Of a stretch of 64,000 nucleotides of DNA, positions 29,299 to 37,874 are shown piece after piece; position 1 is the first letter of the stretch, and every line of letters starts with the position of its first letter. A program made the translations under genes and the position numbers. The stretch is from Candidatus Bathyarchaeia archaeon. GTDB taxonomy: Archaea > Thermoproteota > Bathyarchaeia > Bathyarchaeales > Bathycorpusculaceae. The notes below the pieces were generated by a model. The model saw only the letters and a program-made list of their open reading frames with translations. It had not been told where the DNA came from and did not search any database. The stretch covers positions 128,001 to 192,000 of the forward strand of contig JAVZNC010000001.1 of the NCBI GenBank assembly GCA_038882955.1, read 5' to 3'.

Positions 29299-32200
29299 GT
29301 TGCCGCCTCCACCAATGCGGCTCTAACTTGGGCAAGTATTTCTTCTGTTGTGAAGTGCCCCATGATGATGGCTTTTGTTGGACATGCTGTTCCGCAAGCG
29401 CCGCAGCCCTTGCATAAAGCTTCAATTACGTGTGCCGTAAGTTTGCCGTCTTTCTCTTTCATCTCTATTGCCCCATATGGGCATAGATATTCACAAATCC
29501 TACATCCGCTACATAAATCTTCGTTCACGTTTGCCACAATTCCCTCCATCTCAAGCGTGGATTTCGAAAGTATCGTTGCGGCTCTCGCGGCTGCAGCACA
29601 GGCTTGCGCTATGCTTTCGTCAATGTATTTTGGTGAGTGCGCCATCCCGCATAGGAACACGCCTTCAGTTGCGAAGTCAACTGGTCTAAGTTTCATGTGT
29701 GCTTCTAGGAAGAAGCCGTCCTTTGTTAGTGGGACTTTGAGCATTTCTGCCACGCGTTTGTTGTCTGGGTTTGGAATTGTTGCCGCGCTTAAAACGACAA
29801 GATCTGGTTCGATTTCGATTTCTTCTTTTAGCACTGGCTCCCAGAACCGCACTTTAAGTTTAGCGCCTTCATTAACGACTTGTGGTTTCCTTTCATCCTC
29901 ATAGTTTATGAAGAGCACGCCTTTTGTTGCGGCTTCGCGGTAATAATCCTCCTTAAAGCCGTAAGCCCTAACATCCTTGTATAACACGTAAACTTCTGTT
30001 TGTGGGCTTAACTCCTTAATTTTTAGGGCGTTCTTTATTGCTTGTCCGCAGCATATCCTCGCGCAGTTTGGTCTCTCTTCGTTTCTTGCTCCAACGCATT
30101 GCACCATGACCACGGTTTTTGCTTTGAAGTTGCCTTTTGCAAGTTTTTCTTCAAGCTCCCTTTGGGTAAGCACCCTCGGGTCTGTGCCGTAAAGATATTC
30201 TCTGGGTTTGTATTCTGTTGCTCCAGTAGCCACAATTATTATGCCATTTTCAACTTCCACTTCTCCGCCGTTGTGCCGCTTTATCTTAGTTTTGAAGTTG
30301 CCGACGAATCCTTCTATGTTGACAACTTCAGAGTTCAAGTGAACGTGTATTTTGCTGTTCGCCATGACCTCGTTTACTAGGGCTTTCAGCTTTTCTTGCG
30401 GGTCTTCATCGCCTTCAAGCAGATAGTGTATGTGGCGCAGATGCCCGCCGAGTTCTTTCTCTCTTTCCACTAGGTGAACCTCAAAGCCTTGCTTTGCGAG
30501 TTCTAGGGCTGCGGTCATGCCAGAAACTCCACCGCCTATGACCAAACCTACTGGAGTAACGGTTATTTGCGGTTTCTTTAACGGTTGTAGAAGCCTTGCT
30601 TTCGCGACAACTGAGCGCACAAGGTCTTTTGCTTTTTCTGTTGCTGCTTTCGGTTCGTGCATGTGCACCCAACTGCATTGATCACGTATGTTTGCCATCT
30701 CGAAAAGGTATGGGTTTAATCCCGCCTCTTGAACCGTTTCTCTGAACAGCGGCTCGTGAGTGCGTGGAGTGCAAGAGGCTACGACAACACGGTTTAGCTT
30801 GTATTGTTGGATTTTTTCTCTGATTAGTTTCTGCGTGTCTTGCGAGCACGTATAGAGGTTTGCTTCTGCGTAAACCACGTTTGGCAATTTTTTAGCGTAC
30901 TCAACAACTTCTGGAACGTTTACGACGCCGCCTATGTTGATTCCACAGTGGCAGACGAAAACGCCTATTCGCGGTTCTTCTTGGCTTATGTCCCTTTCCT
31001 GCGGGTACTCCTTAACCGTTACAAGTTTGCCCCTTTCGTTTGCGATTATGCTCATGGCTTTTGCCGCTGCACCGCTTGCTTGGGCAACGCTTTCTGGAAT
31101 ATCTTTTGGCGCGCTGAATGCGCCGCAGACGAAAACGCCAGATCTTGAAGTTTCTAACGGCGTGAAAGTGTTTGTTTTGCAGAACTTGTACTTGTTAAGT
31201 TCTATTCCAAGCGCTTCTGCAAGTTTTTCAACACTTTTTGGCGGTTGCATGCCGATGGAGAGCACAACCATGTCAAATTCTTCTGTTTTCGGCGTTTCAT
31301 TCTCAACATAATGCACGATGAGGTTTCCAGTCAGAGGGTCTTCGGACACGCCTGCAACCCTTGACCTTACAAATCTTATTCCCCACTCTTCTTTGGCGCG
31401 GTTGTAGTAGGCGTCAAACTCTTTTCCGTAAGCGCGCAAATCCATAAAGAATATTGTGGCGTCAAGCTTTGTTGGCGTATGCTCCTTGGCTATGACAGCT
31501 TCTTTCATTCCGTACATGCAACACGCTGCGGAGCAATAGTTGTTTCCAAGCTGGGCATCACGAGAACCAACACACTGGATGAAGGCTATTTTCTTTGGGA
31601 TTTCGCCGTCAGAAGGTCTCAAAACGACGCCGCCGTAGGGTCCAGAAGCACTTAGTATGCGCTCAAACTCTATGCTTGTCACAACATTCGCGTAGCGCCC
31701 ATAGCCGTACTCGCTTTTCAGCCGAGCATCGAATGTTTCGAAACCTGGTGCAAGTATTATTGCACCTACTTTTAGCACTGCTTCGCTGTCTTGTTGGTCG
31801 TAAGCCACAGCTTTTGCTTTGCATATTTCGTAGCATGTTCCGCAGCCGATGCACTTTTCGCGGTCAATCTTGTACTTGAGTGGAACCGCTTGCGGATAGT
31901 CAACGTAGATTGCGCTTCTGTTGCTTAAGCCTTCGTTGTAAATGTCTATGGCTTCAATTGGACATTTTTGTGCGCATAAGCCGCAGCCGTTGCATTTATC
32001 TTCGATTATGTAACGGGCGCGTTTTCGAAGTTTAACTTCGAAGTTTCCGGCTTCGCCTTCCACGCCTAAAATTTCCGTGTTAGTCAAAATTGTTATGTTC
32101 GGATGCCTACCGGTAGCCACAAGTTTAGGCGAGAGAATGCACATTGAACAATCGTTTGTCGGAAAAGTCTTGTCAAGCTGAGCCATTACGCCGCCGATGC

Positions 32201-32324
32201 TTGCGCCCTCGTCGATAAGGTACACTTTGAAGCCAGAATCAGCCAAGTCCAAGGAAGCTTGGATTCCAGCAACTCCTCCGCCGACAACGAGAACTGCGCC
32301 AACTTTTTGGTTCTTGTCTGCCAT
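29295..32324 (-). CDS. hdrA: Heterodisulfide reductase subunit A, large two-FAD-module form (1009 aa)
   Basis: [17 protein letters not shown], ferredoxin insert, QCVGSRD..CSAACC; second module CHCG..CTP..GGGVSG..QCVGAR..CARICC; C-terminal 2x[4Fe-4S]. Confidence 0.92.
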   Translation of the reverse strand: MADKNQKVGAVLVVGGGVAGIQASLDLADSGFKVYLIDEGASIGGVMAQLDKTFPTNDCSMCILSPKLVATGRHPNITILTNTEILGVEGEAGNFEVKLRKRARYIIEDKCNGCGLCAQKCPIEAIDIYNEGLSNRSAIYVDYPQAVPLKYKIDREKCIGCGTCYEICKAKAVAYDQQDSEAVLKVGAIILAPGFETFDARLKSEYGYGRYANVVTSIEFERILSASGPYGGVVLRPSDGEIPKKIAFIQCVGSRDAQLGNNYCSAACCMYGMKEAVIAKEHTPTKLDATIFFMDLRAYGKEFDAYYNRAKEEWGIRFVRSRVAGVSEDPLTGNLIVHYVENETPKTEEFDMVVLSIGMQPPKSVEKLAEALGIELNKYKFCKTNTFTPLETSRSGVFVCGAFSAPKDIPESVAQASGAAAKAMSIIANERGKLVTVKEYPQERDISQEEPRIGVFVCHCGINIGGVVNVPEVVEYAKKLPNVVYAEANLYTCSQDTQKLIREKIQQYKLNRVVVASCTPRTHEPLFRETVQEAGLNPYLFEMANIRDQCSWVHMHEPKAATEKAKDLVRSVVAKARLLQPLKKPQITVTPVGLVIGGGVSGMTAALELAKQGFEVHLVEREKELGGHLRHIHYLLEGDEDPQEKLKALVNEVMANSKIHVHLNSEVVNIEGFVGNFKTKIKRHNGGEVEVENGIIIVATGATEYKPREYLYGTDPRVLTQRELEEKLAKGNFKAKTVVMVQCVGARNEERPNCARICCGQAIKNALKIKELSPQTEVYVLYKDVRAYGFKEDYYREAATKGVLFINYEDERKPQVVNEGAKLKVRFWEPVLKEEIEIEPDLVVLSAATIPNPDNKRVAEMLKVPLTKDGFFLEAHMKLRPVDFATEGVFLCGMAHSPKYIDESIAQACAAAARAATILSKSTLEMEGIVANVNEDLCSGCRICEYLCPYGAIEMKEKDGKLTAHVIEALCKGCGACGTACPTKAIIMGHFTTEEILAQVRAALVEAAT

Positions 32325-32325
32325 C

Positions 32326-33069
32326 CTACTTCACCTCCAACGCCTTATAAAGGGGCGTTGTCTTCACAAAACGTTCTATCGTTATCATGTTCTTCCTACG
32401 CATGTTCACAATCTGCTTAAGAACATCTGCAGGCTTAATTCCAAGCGCTTTAGCCAAATCTTTAACCGAAAGCGGCTTTGTCTTGGTCAGCAAGTGGATT
32501 TTGTGGCGTAGGAAATCTTCCTTAACGATTTCGTCCATCAAAAAGTCGAATTCCTCTTGCGAGATTTTTTCTCCATAAACGTTTATGCTTTCCGTAAGCT
32601 CTTTTTCCCTTCCAAGCAAAACTCTAAGCCTAAAGTCAGAAGCCGCGTTTTTAGCAGCCAAAATGTTTAGCATAAGTTCTGATTCTGGAGACGCTTTTAT
32701 TGGAGATTCTCCAAGCCCAGTTATAACGGTGTTAAACTCTTTCAAGTGTTGGATGAAGCTTTCTCCTTCTAGCGGTGTGTACCATTCAAGCTTTACGCGT
32801 TCCGGCTCCAAACCAGCAAGTGCAACAAGCTTCTTTAGAAGTTTAACGGCTCTTTCCGCATGAAGATTTCCTTCAATATAGTGGCAGTCTGGCGGTTTAC
32901 AACCAACCATTAAAACGCCGTCAGCGCCATTAGCAAGCACGTCAAGAACAATGGCTGGGTCGAGCCTTCCAATGCACATTACACGGGCGACGTTAACGTT
33001 TTTTGGAATTTCCATTTCTTCTAGGCAGAAAGCCCAATTACACATGAAACAAACAATTTTTGCGCTCAT
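32326..33069 (-). CDS. MvhD-like [2Fe-2S] protein with C-terminal winged-HTH-like extension
   Basis: CNW, RVMCIGR, GCKPPDCHY in first about 120 aa; tail PLSVKDLAKALGIKPADVLKQIVNMRRKNMI resembles an HTH. Confidence 0.8.
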   Translation of the reverse strand: MSAKIVCFMCNWAFCLEEMEIPKNVNVARVMCIGRLDPAIVLDVLANGADGVLMVGCKPPDCHYIEGNLHAERAVKLLKKLVALAGLEPERVKLEWYTPLEGESFIQHLKEFNTVITGLGESPIKASPESELMLNILAAKNAASDFRLRVLLGREKELTESINVYGEKISQEEFDFLMDEIVKEDFLRHKIHLLTKTKPLSVKDLAKALGIKPADVLKQIVNMRRKNMITIERFVKTTPLYKALEVK

Positions 33070-34823
33070 GTTCTCGCCTCCTCAACTTGCAAGGCAAGGC
33101 TTAATATGCGTTCATTCGAAAACTTCTTCATCGAAATTGCTTGTTCTGGACACCGCGCAGCACATATTCCGCAGCCCTTGCAAAGCTCCTCGTTAACTTG
33201 TGCAATTTCCTTCTCGTTCTTTTTTATCGCTCCGAATGGGCATACAACAGCGCAGACATTGCATCCAACGCACAAGTTTTCGTCAACGACAGCCTTGTCG
33301 CCCTCGCATAAGTCCAGCTCTGCTAAGCATTCTGCGCATGGTCCGCAGCCTAGACAGCGAAAAGCCTCAAAAACTGCCTCACGTTTTAACTTTTCAAGGT
33401 AAACTTTAGCCTCTTCAAAGCTTAGGTGAGGCTTTTCTAACGGAGGCTCGTATCTGCGCTCCTTCTTTTTGATGTAGCCCCAATTCTTAACCCAAGTCGT
33501 TTCCTCAATTTTTTCTTCTCTTGCGCTTCTCGGGTCCTGTCCGCGAAGGTAAAGGTGAATTGAAACTGCCGCTTTTTTGCCTGCCCCAACAGCCTCAATT
33601 ATGCTTGCCGGTCCAGTAGCCATGTCGCCGCCAGCAAAAACGCCTTTCACACTTGTTTCCATAGTTGCGAAGTCAACTTTTATTGATGGCGTTCTTGCCT
33701 CTTTGTCTAAAAGTTCTGGCGGCACGCATGACAATTCTAGGACTTGCCCAAGCGCGGGTATAACCATGTCAACCTCGTATTGATGCTCTGAAAAGCTTAT
33801 TGGGATAGGCTTTCTTCTTCCACTCTCGTCTGGTTCTCCGAGACGCATCCTTATACATTCAACAGCCTTAACCTTGCCATTTTCGCCTATTATCTGCTTT
33901 GGAGCGACCAAAAAGTAGAATTTAACTCCGTCTTTTTCTGCTTCCGCCACCTCGTGCGGCAGTGCGGGCATCTCTTCGCGTGAACGCCTATACAATATCA
34001 TTACTTCTTTTGCGCCAAGCTTCTTTGCGGTTCTAGCCGCGTCTATGGCTGTGTTCCCGCCGCCTATCACGGCGACTCTTTCACCAACTTTTATAGGTTC
34101 GCCCAGCGATATAGCCCTCAAAAAGTCAACAGCATTTATTACGCCTTCAAGCTCCTCGCCTGGAACGTTCAGCTTCATGCCCTTCTGCGTTCCGATTGCG
34201 AGGAAAATTGCCTTATACCCATCTTTGCGCAGGCTCTCAAGCGTTATATCCTTTCCAAATTCCACGCCAGTCTTTATTTCCACGCCCAAATCCTTTATGT
34301 AGGCGATTTCGTTTGCCACAACAAACTTTTCGAGGCGGAAGTTTGGTATGCAGTAGCGCATCATTCCGCCAGGCTCACTCATTCGCTCAAAAACGGTTAC
34401 TGGATAACCAAGTTTCGCAAGTTCGTAGGCTGCCGTTAAACCCGCTGGTCCAGCACCTATTATGGCGACTTTTTCGCTGTACTTCTTTGGGATTGGTTCT
34501 GGTTTCACGCGTCCCTGCTCTCTTTCAATGTCTGCGACAAGCCTTTTTAGTGCGCGTATTGCCACGGCTTGGTCAACGTTTGTTCTTGCACATGCATCTT
34601 CGCATGGGCTGAAGCACACGCGTCCGCAGATGGCAGGGAATGGCATGTCCTTGCGGATTATTTCAACTGCTTCTTTGAATTTGCCTCTTTGAAGCAATGC
34701 GACATATCCTTGAACGTTGACGTGTGCTGGGCATGCGGAGCGGCATGGCGGTAGTTTCTTTACTTTTGTTTGGTTATTCTTTGTCATTGTCAAACCAGCT
34801 TGAGAATTAATCTTATGAAACAC
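33066..34823 (-). CDS. GltD/NfnB-like FAD- and NAD(P)-binding Fe-S oxidoreductase with C-terminal ferredoxin
   Basis: [50 protein letters not shown], then two CxxCxxCxxxCP motifs; start may be ATG at 34787. Confidence 0.88.
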   Translation of the reverse strand: MFHKINSQAGLTMTKNNQTKVKKLPPCRSACPAHVNVQGYVALLQRGKFKEAVEIIRKDMPFPAICGRVCFSPCEDACARTNVDQAVAIRALKRLVADIEREQGRVKPEPIPKKYSEKVAIIGAGPAGLTAAYELAKLGYPVTVFERMSEPGGMMRYCIPNFRLEKFVVANEIAYIKDLGVEIKTGVEFGKDITLESLRKDGYKAIFLAIGTQKGMKLNVPGEELEGVINAVDFLRAISLGEPIKVGERVAVIGGGNTAIDAARTAKKLGAKEVMILYRRSREEMPALPHEVAEAEKDGVKFYFLVAPKQIIGENGKVKAVECIRMRLGEPDESGRRKPIPISFSEHQYEVDMVIPALGQVLELSCVPPELLDKEARTPSIKVDFATMETSVKGVFAGGDMATGPASIIEAVGAGKKAAVSIHLYLRGQDPRSAREEKIEETTWVKNWGYIKKKERRYEPPLEKPHLSFEEAKVYLEKLKREAVFEAFRCLGCGPCAECLAELDLCEGDKAVVDENLCVGCNVCAVVCPFGAIKKNEKEIAQVNEELCKGCGICAARCPEQAISMKKFSNERILSLALQVEEART

Positions 34824-34844
34824 ATCGGATATATTAGTGCATTC

Positions 34845-34860
34845 GCGTTAAGTTTAACGC
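34845..34860. promoter_or_regulatory. Perfect inverted repeat GCGTTAA-gt-TTAACGC, candidate operator
   Basis: 7-bp arms with 2-bp spacer, just upstream of the GltD-like/hdr/mvh run. Confidence 0.5.
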
Positions 34861-34896
34861 AAAAATAACATAAAGGTAAAGAAAAGGGGAAATAAT
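34861..34896 (-). terminator. U-rich tract downstream of the RHH-GcvH gene (archaeal-type terminator candidate)
   Basis: Minus strand reads attatttccccttttctttacctttatgttattttt immediately after the stop. Confidence 0.4.
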
Positions 34897-35487
34897 TTAT
34901 TCGCGCAGTCTACCTTCAAGCTTGCTTACCCACTTGTTGTATTCGCGGGCGCTCAACAACTTCTTAAGTTCCTGCTCTAAAGTTAACGAGTTGTTCGGCT
35001 TAATCTCCACAATCCAGCCTTCGCCGTATGGGTCTTCGTTAACGAGGTTTGGCTCGTTCTTCAGCTTCTCGTTTACTTTGACTATTTTGCCGCTTACTGG
35101 CGCGTACAAGTCGAACATGAACATCCATGTTTCCGCGACGCCGAATGGCTCCATGTGGCTTATTTCTTTTCCAACTGGTTCGGTCATTATGTTTGCTATG
35201 CCCTTCAAATGCCTTTGGGCATAGTCTGAAACGCCGACGCGGATGTTCCCTTCAGGTGTTACTTGTGCCCATGTGTGTTTTGGCGTGTAGAGGAGAAGTT
35301 CAGGTGTTAGGAGCAATTCCTTGCGTTTTTCTGCAGGTATGCCTTCTGCGCGCATTAGATCTTCGAGGCGTAGGCGGATGGCTTCTGAGACGAATTCTGA
35401 TATGCTTCTGTAGCGCCCTGTTTTGATTGCTTCTTCAATCTGTTTTATTAGTTCTTGTCTTATGCTTACGGTTTTCCATTCAGACAT
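34897..35487 (-). CDS. Ribbon-helix-helix (CopG/MetJ-like) domain fused to GcvH-like domain lacking the lipoyl lysine
   Basis: N-term KTVSIRQELIKQIEEAIKTGRYRSISEFVSEAIRLRL; C-term YTPKHTW, VGVSDYAQ, DLYAPVSGKIVKVN, VNEDPYGEGWIVEI; ESVK replaced by ETWM. Confidence 0.85.
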   Translation of the reverse strand: MSEWKTVSIRQELIKQIEEAIKTGRYRSISEFVSEAIRLRLEDLMRAEGIPAEKRKELLLTPELLLYTPKHTWAQVTPEGNIRVGVSDYAQRHLKGIANIMTEPVGKEISHMEPFGVAETWMFMFDLYAPVSGKIVKVNEKLKNEPNLVNEDPYGEGWIVEIKPNNSLTLEQELKKLLSAREYNKWVSKLEGRLRE

Positions 35488-35565
35488 TTTCCATCAACCT
35501 CCTTTACATCTGAAGCATATATAACATAAACCAAAGATATATACTTGATGCATATATTTTACGCA

Positions 35566-35582
35566 ATAGTAAATACCATATA
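35566..35582. repeat. 17-bp direct repeat copy 1 (ATAGTAAATACCATATA), candidate operator
   Basis: Identical to 35905-35921; core ATAGTA-AA-TACCAT is an imperfect palindrome. Confidence 0.7.
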
Positions 35583-35591
35583 TAAAATCGC

Positions 35592-35804
35592 TTAATGCTT
35601 CAACTCTCTCCCAAACCCCAGCAAGTTCCAAACGCGCTCATGAAAATAATAAACAACAGTCTTCAAAACAAGCTCTGACATTCCAACAACCCCGCCTAAA
35701 CTCCAATCGCCCTTACTAAATATTACGACCAACAAGATTGTTGTTAAAGTTGCAACAATTCGCCAAGAAATCGCCTTCACCAAACTTCTAATTGGTTTCT
35801 CCAA
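35592..35804 (-). CDS. DUF2061-like small membrane protein
   Basis: RSLVKAISWRIVATLTT ... YYFHERVW pattern. Confidence 0.8.
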   Translation of the reverse strand: MEKPIRSLVKAISWRIVATLTTILLVVIFSKGDWSLGGVVGMSELVLKTVVYYFHERVWNLLGFGRELKH

Positions 35805-35904
35805 ACCAGAATCTCTCCTCTATTCAAATAGAATGCAAAACTACAATTAAGGCTTGTTATCGACAGAAACGGAAAAATATAGGCTATGCGTTAAACTGGC
35901 GTGT

Positions 35905-35921
35905 ATAGTAAATACCATATA
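35905..35921. repeat. 17-bp direct repeat copy 2 (ATAGTAAATACCATATA), candidate operator
   Basis: Identical to 35566-35582; ends 4 bp before the GTG of the AbrB-PhoU regulator. Confidence 0.7.
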
Positions 35922-35925
35922 GACG

Positions 35926-37008
35926 GTGAAGCTTTTGGAAAGTAGAAAAGTGCAAAAAGTTGGCTACTCAACGCTGACTGTTTCACTTCCAAGCGAATGG
36001 ACAAAACAAAACAACATAAACCCTGGAGACCTAGTTTTCCTAATGCCAGAAAGAGACGGCACACTAAAGATTATGCCAAGCCACTTCGCCCTAAAAGAGG
36101 AAGCAGAAGAATATATCATTAACGCCGATGCCTGCGACGAGAAGGGCATGCTCGAGAGGATAATCGTCGGAAGCTACATGCTTGGAAGGGACGTTTTAAG
36201 GGTTGTATCCACAACAAGAATAAGCAAGGAACATGTTGACGAGATTAGGCGGATAGTTCCAAAACTAATTGGTCTCGGAATACTTGAAGAAACACCAAAA
36301 AACATACTACTCCAATGCTCAGTAGACCCGTCAAAATTCAAACTTGACATGCTTGTTAGACGCTTGTCGCTAATCGCATCAACAATACTTTTAGAGGCGA
36401 TGCAGGCGTTCCAAGAAAATAACGAAGATTTAGCTATAGAAGCCATCAGCCGCGAGGATGAGGCTGACACCATTTATTATCTTGCTGTTCGCTTGCTTCT
36501 TTCTGCGCAAGTTAAACCCGAAATTGCTGAGCAGATAGGCGCGACGGATGTGCTCTTTATACCAGCTACGAGGCTGATACTTCAATATTTAGAGTTGATT
36601 GCGGACTATTCAGAAGATATAGCCAAAAAAATCGTTGAGTTAAAGGTTTATCGCAACCGGATTCCATCAGACGTTGTGCAGAGAATTTTCCACATGGGCG
36701 AGTTAGCCCAAACCATATTCCAGAAAGCCCTAGACTGCATTTTCACAAGAGACCTTCGCGTGGCTAATGGCGTATTAGAAATGAAGGAAGTTCTCGAAAG
36801 GGAAGCTGAAAGACTGATGCGTGAAGCCCCAGAAATTCCGTATTTAAGGGCTTACATTTCATGCCTAACCAAAATTGCGGATAAGGGAGCGACAATTGCT
36901 GACATAGCCATAAACAGAGCATTGGAACAGCCCAAAAAAGAGGTTGAAGACATTGTCCGCGTGGTAAAGCATGTGCGGTCTATCCCATTAACTGCAAAGA
37001 ACGCTTGA
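35926..37008 (+). CDS. phoU: Archaeal AbrB/PhoU-domain transcriptional regulator
   Basis: N-terminal RKVQKVGYSTLTVSLP-x-x-W..GD (AbrB/SpoVT-type) followed by two PhoU-like helical repeats (EDEADTIY, LELIADY). Confidence 0.85.
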   Translation: MKLLESRKVQKVGYSTLTVSLPSEWTKQNNINPGDLVFLMPERDGTLKIMPSHFALKEEAEEYIINADACDEKGMLERIIVGSYMLGRDVLRVVSTTRISKEHVDEIRRIVPKLIGLGILEETPKNILLQCSVDPSKFKLDMLVRRLSLIASTILLEAMQAFQENNEDLAIEAISREDEADTIYYLAVRLLLSAQVKPEIAEQIGATDVLFIPATRLILQYLELIADYSEDIAKKIVELKVYRNRIPSDVVQRIFHMGELAQTIFQKALDCIFTRDLRVANGVLEMKEVLEREAERLMREAPEIPYLRAYISCLTKIADKGATIADIAINRALEQPKKEVEDIVRVVKHVRSIPLTAKNA

Positions 37009-37100
37009 TTTCTTGCTTCAAATGTGATTTAGTTTTAATTTAAGAAGCTTTAAATCGTTCAAAGTAAATATTGTAAATATGAGGAAGAGGCTTGAGGTAA

Positions 37101-37571
37101 ATGAGCAGTTTTGAGGAAGCCCTCCGAAACATAGATGTTTTCTGCAAGGTTCTGGTAAAGAAGCTTATTGAAAACGAAGCGGAAGAAATAAGCGACGTTG
37201 TTGTGGAGCCCATGGAGAAACTCATTTATAAAAAATACGTAATCAGCGAGCAAATAGAGCCAAGTCCTGTTAAGCATTTAATTCCATTACCACAGCTTGA
37301 AGAGCCCTTGATAGACGTGTTTGAGGACGAGAATTATGTAAGAATCCTTATACAGTGCAAATGCAAAGACCAAAAAATAACTGTTCACACGGACGTGGAT
37401 GGCATAGAAATATGCAACAAAGTCTGCTACAAGAAGGATGATGGAAATGAGGTTTGCGTTGACGAGTGCCGAAAGGTAACTCTTCCAGTTGATCACTTGA
37501 AAATTGAAAACATGGTTACGAAATGCAACAACAATGAGGCGCTTGAAATAGAGATTCCAAAAGAAAACTGA
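37101..37571 (+). CDS. Hsp20/alpha-crystallin-like protein, Cys-rich
   Basis: EEPLIDVFED..VRI, R-K-V-T-LP, NN-x-x-LEIEIPK resemble archaeal sHSP strands. Confidence 0.5.
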   Translation: MSSFEEALRNIDVFCKVLVKKLIENEAEEISDVVVEPMEKLIYKKYVISEQIEPSPVKHLIPLPQLEEPLIDVFEDENYVRILIQCKCKDQKITVHTDVDGIEICNKVCYKKDDGNEVCVDECRKVTLPVDHLKIENMVTKCNNNEALEIEIPKEN

Positions 37572-37576
37572 CCCAT

Positions 37577-37777
37577 TTACGATTCGCTTGCCTCTCGACG
37601 TTTTATCCTAATTTTGCACCTCTCTTCATCGCTACATTTTATGCAGGTGTAAATAACGTCGAATTCGCTTTTACTTGGGTCAGATGGATTCACGAAAAAG
37701 GCGAAGCACTCCTCACCGCGCTTTATTGGTGCTCCACAACAGAAGCACTTGTGCTCTTTTAGGGCGGTCACCTTCAT
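37577..37777 (-). CDS. Small zinc-finger-like protein
   Basis: 66 aa with CFCCGAPIKRGE and YTCIKC; preceded by GGAGTGG RBS-like sequence. Confidence 0.65.
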   Translation of the reverse strand: MKVTALKEHKCFCCGAPIKRGEECFAFFVNPSDPSKSEFDVIYTCIKCSDEERCKIRIKRREASES

Positions 37778-37874
37778 ATGCCACTCCCAAAACTGTGATA
37801 GTGCAATTCAAACTATTAACGCTTATCTAGCAAGCTTCAAAAATAAAAATGATAAAAAGGGAAAGGAAAACGTT

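Noticed and set aside
34897-35487. Ordinary glycine cleavage H protein
   Set aside because: Lipoyl Lys is absent, there is an extra N-terminal domain, and no other gcv genes are nearby.
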